DNA of 64,000 nucleotides, taken from NCBI GenBank assembly GCA_951406725.2, contig OX597827.1, positions 10,850,001-10,914,000 on the forward strand, read 5' to 3'. How positions within the stretch are numbered: position 1 is the stretch's first letter; every line of letters begins with the position of its first letter. Below, one piece after another: positions 53,575 through 64,000 of this stretch. Source of the DNA: Octopus vulgaris (Eukaryota). The translations under genes were made by a program, and so were the position numbers. The notes beneath the pieces are model-generated. The model was not told the origin of the DNA. It did no database searches and saw nothing but the letters and a program-made list of their open reading frames with translations.

Positions 53575-53981
53575 CTCTTTACTCTTTTACTCTTTTACTT
53601 GTTTCAGTCATGTGACTGTGGCCATGCTGGAGCACCGCCTTTAGTTGATCAAATCGACCCCATGACTTATTCTTTGTAAGCCTAGTACTTATTTTATCGG
53701 CCTCTTTTTTGCCGAACCGCTAAGTGACGGGGACATAAACACCAGCATCGGTTGTCAAGCAATGCTAGGGGGACAAACACAGACACACAAACATATACAC
53801 ACACACATATATATATATACATATATACGACAGGCTTCTTTCAGTTTCCGTCTACCAAATCCACTCACAAGGCATTGGTCGGCCCGAGGCTATAGCAGAA
53901 GACACTTGCCCAAGATGCCACGCAGTGGGACTGAACCCGGAACCATGTGGTTGGTTAGCAAGCTACTTACCACACAGCCAC
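53575..53981 (-). mobile_element. SINE family A
   Basis: Reverse complement of the family consensus. A further partial copy lies at 53290-53450. Confidence 0.85.
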
Positions 53982-54595
53982 GTATATATAATCATTGACA
54001 TCATCACCACCAGCTGCTGCACCACCACCATTATGGATATGTGGCTTCCCTGCCTACATCCTCCTCCTCCTCATCATCATCATCATCATCATCATCGTCG
54101 TCGTCATCGTCGTCGTCGTCGTCATCGTCGTCATCATATTTACTTAAAGTCTATTTACCCAAGGCTGGCATGACTCAGACAGGTCTGAAACAATAGCATT
54201 TTTTTGTGATTCAGCTTGGTCTTTCACCCCTTTTTTATTTGTAATGTCCACCATTGTTAGATCTAACCTTGCCATTTCATTCATTGTTTCCATTGTCTTC
54301 CCTCTGCCTCATTGTCAATAGATGTTACTTTTTCACTTAGCTAGCATAGTTCATTCATATCACATCCACATCTTAGGCAAGTTTCTCTTACCATACCCTC
54401 AGGTTGATCAACGTCTTATGAGCTTGTAGGTCGGAGTTCATACATATATACATACATACATATATGGAAAGATAAAATGTAAAGTTTACTTCAGTAGGGT
54501 TTGAACTCAGGACCGAATTTCAACTTTATAATACTAAGTCTTTTATGATTATTTTGTGACTTGGATAACATGTTGAAACATTAATTAATAGCCGG

Positions 54596-54997
54596 AGGCG
54601 CAGGAGTAGCTGTGTGGTAAGTAGCTTGCTAACCAACCACATGGTTCCAGGTTCAGTCCCACTGCGTGGCATCTTGGGCAAGTGTCTTCTGCTATAGCCC
54701 CGGGCCGACCAAAGCCTTGTGAGTGGATTTGGTAGACGGAAACTGAAAGAAGCCTGTCGTATATATGTATATATATGTATGTGTGTGTTTGTGTGTCTGT
54801 GTTTGTCCCCCTAGCATTGCTTGACAACCGATGCTGGTGTGTTTACGTCCCCGTCACTTAGCGGTTCGGCAAAAGAATTGATAGAATAAGTACTGGGCTT
54901 ACAAAGATTAAGTCCCGGGGTCAATTTGCTCGACTAAAGGCGGTGCTCCAGCATGGCCACAGTCAAATGACAGAAACAAGTAAAAGAGTAAAAGAGT
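54596..54997 (+). mobile_element. SINE family A
   Basis: Full-length match. Other partial or old copies lie near 2070, 10610-11156, 24778-25180, 25700-25860, 39585, 45690-46440, 55822-56072 and 57158-57885. Confidence 0.85.
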
Positions 54998-55421
54998 ATA
55001 TATACATAAATACATATGTGGTGTGTGTGTGCATGTGTGTATGTGTGTGCATGTGTGTATGTGTGTGTGTGTATATATATAGATAAATATACACACGCAC
55101 ACAAATATATATATATGTGAAGGCACATGGCTTAGTGGTTACGTTATTGCACTCACAATTATGAGATTGTAAGTTCGATTCTCAGACTAGGTGTTGTGTT
55201 GTTTTCTTGAGCAAGCACTTCATTTCACGTTGCTCTGCAATCATTTCGACATCTGACATGTGGCACCCAGTTGCACCTGTACAGGTAGTCTCAATTTGAT
55301 GGAGAGAGTGAGCTTATGTCTACACAAACATTTGATCATTATATAAACAAATCATTTGTGTGCTTGTTTCGTAAGAAATTGTCAAACACTCATATGTCAT
55401 CTAATGATGGGAGAGTCCATC

Positions 55422-55487
<66 letters not shown>

Positions 55488-55495
55488 GTATATAT

Positions 55496-55731
55496 ATAGG
55501 CAAGGAAAAATTGTAAAAAGGCAGAATGCTAAATTGAAAGAAAATTTTAATGAAAATGGGTGTATGGAAAATTTTGAAAAATTGATAAAATATATATATA
55601 TATTAATTCAAATATATATATAATATATATATATTTTATCAATTTTTCAAAAACTTTTTCCATACACCCATTTTCATTAAAATTTTCTTTCAATTTAGCA
55701 TTCTGCCTTTTTACAATTTTTCCTTGCCTAT
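55496..55731. repeat. Inverted repeat, ~110-bp arms, short AT loop
   Basis: ATAGGCAAGGAAAAATTGTAAAAAGG... versus ...CCTTTTTACAATTTTTCCTTGCCTAT. Confidence 0.9.
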
Positions 55732-56493
55732 CATTTCTCCACGTGCGGCCAACACAACCCCACCATTTATTGATCTGTATATGTATATATATATATATAT
55801 ATATTCAACTATGACTATCCCATCGTATATATATATGTATGTATGTGTGTGTATATGTTTGTGTGTCTGTGTTTGTCCCCACCAGCATCGCTTGATGACC
55901 GATGCTGGTGTTTTTATGTCCCCGTAAATTAGCGGTTTGGCAAAAGAGACCGATAGAATAAGTACTAGGCTTACAAAGAATAAGTCCTGGGGTCGATTTG
56001 CTCAACTAAAGGCGGTGCTCCAGCATGGCCACAGTCAAATGACTGAAACAAGTAAAAGAGTAAAAAGAGAGTAGATATAAAGCAAAAAAACATAACCTCT
56101 TTGTAAAAATTTTGGGGCTGGATTCGCATCTCCTAAACAAATTTCATTCCTGGATCAGTGTTAGTGGGTGCATATATGTAGGCACGTGTGTTGATAAACT
56201 TGTACTTGTGTACTGAGTGTACATGTTAAGTACACAAGTGTGTAATACTTTGTTATGACTTATGTATGTATGTGTGAATGCGTTTGCATTCAATAAGCAC
56301 ATGTGATTGTGTTCATATGTATGAATATATGTATGAATGTATGAATGTATCTATGCATGCATGTGTGTTTGTTTCACCTATGTAGAATAGCAAATGTGTT
56401 AAATATACACCATTAATAAAATAGATTTTAAAAAATATAAAAAAAACATCTGCTGCACTTTGATTGAAGTCATTTGTGATATTTGTTCTACAC

Positions 56494-56580
56494 TGAGTCA
56501 CAATCACTCCCTTGTCATTCTTGTTATCATAAACGCAATGAACCAATGATTGGTCAGCTGGAAAATCCTGTAACCAATGA
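56494..56580. promoter_or_regulatory. Candidate promoter/enhancer motif cluster
   Basis: TGAGTCA, then AACCAATGATTGGT (back-to-back CCAAT boxes), CAGCTG, and a second AACCAATGAT, all within about 90 bp of unique sequence. Confidence 0.3.
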
Positions 56581-58579
56581 TGCTAGCGCACACAAATTCA
56601 AAAATAAATAAAAATAGAAAATATATATAAATATATATATAATGCAAGCTACTAGTTTTCTGTAAAAGAGAAGAAATGTTCAGATATTAGAAAGAACAGC
56701 ATGTGATCTTATAAAAGAATATAAAAGTAAGATCTGAGACTCCAGCAATCGATGCTTGAATAAATATATGTGTTTACTGCACGAGAGATTCAGCTGTTTA
56801 GACTGGAAGGCTCGATGCAAAGACTAAATGTGTTTTTAGTTTATTTTGTTTTGTTTCACTGTGTTTTAACGGTTTTCATCAAAGGAGAAAGAGCAGTGCC
56901 CATAACCCCCTTTTGAAGGATCTTTGGGATTGGTGAAGCAAAATAGTGGTTGGTGGGGCTGGGGTAAGAGAGAGAGGAGTGGGTGTGGGTGTTATTTTCA
57001 GATTGGAGACTCAGCTAAAATGCTTGCATGCAGATAGGAGGAACTCCTCAAAAGGCACCCGGGTGTGACGGATTATATCTCCTACCACCCATGACCAGGA
57101 ACGTTTCGTCCGATGCCTCGTGAGTAACTTTGGTAGACAGAAACTGTGTGGTGTAAACTGGCTGTGTGGTAAGGAGTTTGCTTTCCAACCGCATGGTTCC
57201 AGGTTCAGTCCCATTGCGTGGTGCCTTGGGCAAGTGTCTTCTATTATAGCAACAGGTTGACAAAAACTGAAAGAAGCCTTCTGTACATATGTGTGTGTGT
57301 GCTTGTGAGTGTTTGTGTGTGTATGTGTGTGTGTGTGTGTATGTGTATGTGTGTCTGTCTTTGTGTCTGTTTGGTGTGTTTGTGTTTATTCTCTATCACT
57401 GCTTTACAACCAGTGATGGTTTGTTTATGTCCACTATAACTTAGCAGTTCGGCATAAGAAACTGATATTATATATAGTAAGCTTAAAAAAGCTAAGTACT
57501 GGGTTTGATCTGCTTGATTAAACCTGTCAAGGGGGTATCACAGCATGGCCACGGTCGAATGCCTAAAGCAACTAAAAGGCAAGAGTTAAACGGTTTTAAT
57601 CGTGTGCGTGTGCATGTCTGTCTGTATCTGTGTGTGTTTGTGGATGTCTGTGTGTTTGTGTGTGTCTGTGTGTATACATTTATATCAGTGTTTGGTGTCT
57701 TTGTGTCACCATTGCTTCACAACTGATGCGATTTGTTTACATCTCTGTGACTTAGCGATTTGGCAATAAGAGACTGATCAAATAAATACCAGACATATAA
57801 ATAAGCACTGAGATTGATTTGTTTGACTAAACCCTTCAAGGTGGTGCCCCAGCATGGCCACAGGCCAATGACTGAAACACGTGAAAGCTAATTGACAAAG
57901 GCGTCCATGTAATTTCCATCTATCAAATTTTGCTCACAAAAGCCATAACTGACCTAAAGCAATAGCAGAAAATATTTATCCAACAGGCTGTGCCGAGAAA
58001 TTGAACTTAAAATCATGTTGCTGCAAAGTAAACTCCTAAACAAAGCAATCATGTCTGCACCCATTGCTACAAATAAACAAGAAATTAAGTTTCAATTTGA
58101 GTTACTGGATCAAGATAATTGGTCTCTTCTGTTTGTGGTGAAAGGCAATTAATCTTCAATTTATATTATTTCATAAAATGTTCTACTTTCGGTCAGGATA
58201 CGATGACTAATTTTAATTTCTTCTGAAGTTGAAGGAATGAATGAATATTGGTGAATAATAGGAGAGTGGGGGCAGCTCATGAATAGGGAGCTAAAGAAAT
58301 TGAGGCTAAATGTATGGATCCCCAACATGTCTTGAAATGTAACCAACAGATTGGACTGTTATCATACCTGTTACTAAAAGAATTATATAAGCTGGTCGGG
58401 GTGAGGAGATATTTTATGAATCAAAAAAAAAAATATATTACTCACTATAAAGACATTTATTAGCTGAAAAATGTGGAGTCTTACTGTCTTTAAAGTACTA
58501 TTATCATTATCATTATCATCATCATCATCATCATCTTCATTATTTTATCATTATTATTATCATTATTGTTGTTGTTGTT

Positions 58580-58615
<36 letters not shown>

Positions 58616-59124
58616 ATTGTTATTCTTCTCCTTATTATTATTATTAAGGCAGCAAACTGGTAGAATCATTAGCACACTGGGCAAAATGCTTAGCGGTATT
58701 TCGTCAGCTATTACGTTTTGAGTTCAAATTCCACTGAGGTCGACGTTGCCTTTCATCCTTTTGAGGTTGATAAATTAAGTACCAGTGAAACACTGGGTTC
58801 GATGTAATTGACTATTCCCCTCCCCTCCCGGGTACTCTATTCCAATTTCCTTTATATTCCTCTTGGTGCCTTCTGACACTGTTCTCAAGGACTCAATAAT
58901 AATTGGCACTATCTTCACCTTCTTCATTTTCCATAGCTGGGCTTTGTCATCCATAAGAAGGTTGTATCTATCTATCTTTGTGCCTTCCTTCTTGACTATT
59001 TGTGGGTCAAAGGGGTGTGCAATGTCAACTTTACTATTTCAACAAATACTGCCACCTACACCATTCATCACCGCTTACCACAATGCTATCACCTGTGAAC
59101 TATTATCACAACCACTTCTACTAA

Positions 59125-60140
59125 CAACCACTACCACCACCACCACCACCACCACCACCACCACCACCACCACCACCACAACCACCACCACCACCACCAC
59201 CACGACCACCACGACCACCACGACCACCACCATTACCACCACCATACTATTATGACAACTACTACTACCTCCACCAGAATACTATTATCGTAACAACTAC
59301 TATGACAAGGATGACCACCACTCAAGCACTACAATCACAACAACCACCACCACCACCACCACGACCACCACCACCACCACCACCACGACCACCACGACCA
59401 CCACCATTACCACCACCATACTATTATGACAACTACTACTACCTCCACCAGAATACTATTATCGTAACAACTACTATGACAAGGATGACCACCACTCAAG
59501 CACTACAATCACAACAACCACCACCACCACCACCACTGCTTACTACACCACCACCACCACCACCACCACCACGACCACCACGACCACCACCATTACCACC
59601 ACCATACTATTATGACAACTACTACTACCTCCACCAGAATACTATTATCGTAACAATTACTATGACAAGGATGACCACCACTCAAGCACTACAATCACAA
59701 CAACCACCACCACCACCACCACTGCTTACTACACCACCACCACCACCACCACGACCACCACGACCACCACCATTACCACCACCATACTATTATGACAACT
59801 ACTACTACCTCCACCAGAATACTATTATCGTAACAACTACTATGACAAGGATGACCACCACTCAAGCACTACAATCACAACAACCACCACCACCACCACC
59901 ACTGCTTACTACACCACCACCACCACCACCACCACCACGACCACCACGACCACCACCATTACCACCACCATACTATTATGACAACTACTACTACCTCCAC
60001 CAGAATACTATTATCGTAACAATTACTATGACAAGGGTGACCACCACTCAAGCACTACAATCACAACAACCACCACCACCACCACCACTGCTTACTACAC
60101 CACCACCACCACCACCACCACCACGACCACCACCACCAAC
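59125..60140. repeat. Minisatellite, ~180-bp unit x5 after a (CCA)n tract
   Basis: Anchor CATACTATTATGACAACTACTACTACCTCCACCAGAAT occurs five times. Unit length varies mainly in the CCA tracts. Confidence 0.92.
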
Positions 60141-60848
60141 ATCATCATTACTGCTAGCACCTGCATCACTCACTAGTGCCACTCCACGATACTGTTAACA
60201 GAACCTCTACTACCACCACCACCACCCACCCCACCCACCCCCATTTACTGCCAACCACTACGGCTACTAGCACCGACACTAGCACCAGCACCAGCACCAG
60301 CATCAGCCCTCACCTCCGCCACTACCACTACAACCGTTACCACTACCGCAATGACAATATACTAATATAATAACTACGTCAGTGCTAAGGTCCTGTAAAA
60401 GTCCTGTTGAGAATCAAATATCCAATTCAGTAACAGCAGCGGCAACAACAACAATACCAGCAGCAACAACAACATCATCATCAGTAGCAGCAGTAGCAGC
60501 CTCAGCAGCAGCAGTATGTTGTGTATGAAATATTTAGTCAGTAGGAGAGAGAGAGAGACAATTTTCCTGCAGTGTTTTGAGCCACACTTTCTCCTCCTCC
60601 TTGTCGCTTTCCACTTATTGATCACAAACTTACTAGAAAACTATTGATAAAAAAATCAAATGGAATAAATGATCAAAAGGTTCACTTTTGATAGAATAAC
60701 ATTAAAAAAAATATAAATAAATAAATAGATAAATAAATAAATAAATTCCTTCTGGAAAGATGAAAAAAAAAAAAAAAGAAAGGATTTTTTTTTCTTTCTT
60801 TTTTCAATAATTTGTGAATTTTTAAAGGTAAGTTTTGTTATGAAATTG

Positions 60849-61727
<879 letters not shown>

Positions 61728-62128
61728 AAAAATGTATGTAAAAAGAAAAGAAAGAATTGAATTTTAAAAAATGGTATGGCTTTATCCAGTTCTTACACTA
61801 AGTGTGGGATCAGGAATACCTAAGGGAGAGTGAATAAACGTGATTGAATTAACCCCCAATAAATGTCTGGCATTTATTTTATAAAATCCCTCATGGCATG
61901 GCTACATGGTTACAGTGATGTAGCTAAAGCGTATGCTGTCCGGGGCAGCCAGTGAGATTTCCTGTCCTCAACCAGAAATACAGCTTATTCAGACTTGTAC
62001 ATTAGACCCCAAAATATTGCCTGCCACCCCCCATAGAAACTGACCCATAAAAGTGTAACTTGTGGTTGATTGTCCCACGTTTATCCTAACTATGTAGCTG
62101 CATGGTTAAGTAGTTTGCTACTGCAACT

Positions 62129-62507
62129 GTTTGTTTGTTTGTTTGTTGAGCGAAGCGGCCTTCGTCCCAGAGTTGGAGAAGTCTGAAACGTGGTCCTTTG
62201 CTATTTGTAAAACCTGTAGAAAAGAAAGCAGGTCAACCCCTAATACCAAGAGCATCGACGGATGGATGACTGTGCATCTAGGCTCAGCGGTTGCGTAGGA
62301 AGTCGGGGACAAGAAACAGGAAGAAAGAGTGAGAGAATGTTGGAGCGAAAGAGCACAACAGGGCTTACCACCACCCACTGCCGGAGCCTCGTTGAGTTTT
62401 AGGTGTTTTCACTCAATAAACACACACAACGCCTGGTCTGGGAATCGAAACCGCGATCCTCCGACCGTGAGTCCGCTGCCCTAACCACTGGGCCATTGCA
62501 CCTCCAC
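62129..62507 (-). mobile_element. SINE family C, tail type 3 with (CAAA)n end
   Basis: Same head; TSD TGCTACTGCAACT at 62116-62128 and 62508-62520. Confidence 0.88.
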
Positions 62508-62699
62508 TGCTACTGCAACTCCCTGGCTTTGGCTTCAATAATATTTTGGCATATTTGGTAAATGTCTTTTATCATAACCTTGTGGGGCCAGTGGTTGAAC
62601 ACAACCTTGTCTCATCTCATCTTCTTCACCTACTTAATGCTGGGAGGGTCACTGGAAGCAGAGTCCTCAGTCACACCTTCTATCAGGTCCTATCAGGTC

Positions 62700-62945
62700 A
62701 AAATCACCTGTGCCCAACAGATCTAGCTGGATCACCAAGTGACACCAACTGAACTCATGGATGTTATCCATCTTGCTTGTGGTCTGCTCCAGGATCTCCT
62801 ATCGGTTGGTCATGCTTATAAAACCTGTCCAGCAATTCTGTCTCAAGATATTCTTACAGCACATCAGTAGTATCAGAGCTGTAATCTCTCAATCTGGAGA
62901 ACTAGTGGCTCTACCTGGGACACCTCTCTGACCTCCAAGCTACAC
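62700..62945 (-). mobile_element. Highly decayed RTE (Rex3/Expander-like) RT C-terminal fragment
   Basis: The minus strand reads VREVSQVEPLVLQIERLQL*...PTDRRSWSRPQARW, resembling the RTE pattern VEPLLLRIERSQLRW...PTGRRPRGRPRTRW. Confidence 0.5.
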
Positions 62946-63129
62946 GTTCTATTGAATAACGTTCAATATCTCTGTCAAGAAAGCATGCTGATGATGATGG
63001 TGATGATGATGATGAGGAGGAGGAGGGGGAGAAATAGAACAATGATGGTACTATTGAAAGAAAATTTTCAAATACTCTCTCCTCGGCAACTGCCCTGAGA
63101 AAATCCCATGATGATGATACAAAGGGTAA

Positions 63130-63433
63130 AGAACCACTTGGTCATGAATGACCACGGAATGTTATCATCCGTGGTGCACGCCCAGGCAAGGTCGTTTGTG
63201 GAAGACCAGCAGTCACCCATGCATACCAGCCGCCCCTCTCCACACCACTGATGTTGTCCAAGGGAAAGGCAAAGGGGCCGATATTGCTTGGCACCAGTGA
63301 CATCACAACTGATTTCTACATCTGAGTGAACTGAAGCAACATAAAATAAAGTATCTTACTCAAGAACATGACACACAACCTGGTCTGGGAACTGAACTCA
63401 CTACCACATGATTGTGACCCCAATGCTCTAATC
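63130..63433 (-). mobile_element. SINE family F, older copy
   Basis: Colinear with 2762-3092. Related heads with other tails occur at 25195-25448(-), 47274(+) and 55117(+). Confidence 0.7.
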
Positions 63434-63793
63434 GCTGAGCTGTGTCCCTTCACTGATGATAAACTGCACTAAATTTTCACAATTATCATTTAATCCACGC
63501 TACAAGAGTTTTCAAAATACTATGGGCTGGTAACTTCCACTGAAGGCTAAGAATATGCAGAAAAATTCTTGGACATTTCTGTGTTCTTTTAAAGAATCTT
63601 TGCAAATAGATAGTTCCTCGAGTTTAACCTCACTGTATGGCTCCTTGAGCTCATTGCCTTCTAAGGTGGACTTGTGTCAATTGATATCTTGTGTGAGGAC
63701 TTTTATGCAAGGAAACTGTTTACAAGCCTGTTGTGTATATGTGTGCATGCACAAGTGTTTGTGTGTGCATGCATGTGTGTGCGCATGTGTGTT

Positions 63794-63834
<41 letters not shown>

Positions 63835-64000
63835 ATCAAATGTTTGTATGTTCCCTCCTGTTTTTAATTATTTAAATTCTTCCTTTGAGGAAGCAGTTGC
63901 TTTCTAACAATGATGCAAAGCTCCGTTGTTGAAATGTAGATAACAAAAAACAATGTCACATTTTTAAACTTGAGAAAAGTCTTGTATATTTTTACTGTTC

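Noticed and set aside
57095-57135. Hammerhead-like CTCACGA...GAAACGTT on the minus strand
   Set aside because: The core is mismatched, there is no stem I, and the sequence aligns to a family-A SINE fragment.

Overview
AT-rich, microsatellite- and transposon-dense eukaryotic DNA. The protocadherin type and the repeat families suggest a coleoid cephalopod, probably Octopus (inference). One protein-coding gene is supported: a minus-strand protocadherin with 6 cadherin repeats. Its large exon (15861-18287) has a splice acceptor and a GTGAGT donor. Two downstream exons missed by the ORF track (8907-9048 and 6115-6146) join in phase, giving a predicted 851-aa protein ending ...GHYEEIPDNCLRNEIDM. 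The ~46 kb upstream has no recognisable host coding exon. The rest is mobile DNA: several modular tRNA-derived SINE families (one with a target preference it also carries internally), a CR1-type LINE sharing its 3' end with the commonest SINE, RTE fragments, a full-length dead mariner, Helitrons, piggyBac-like MITEs, an 8-bp-TSD MITE family with telomere-like repeats, long hairpins and two degenerate hammerhead-ribozyme motifs. Family letters A, B, C, D and F are my own labels. All alignments were done by eye; no database search was run.
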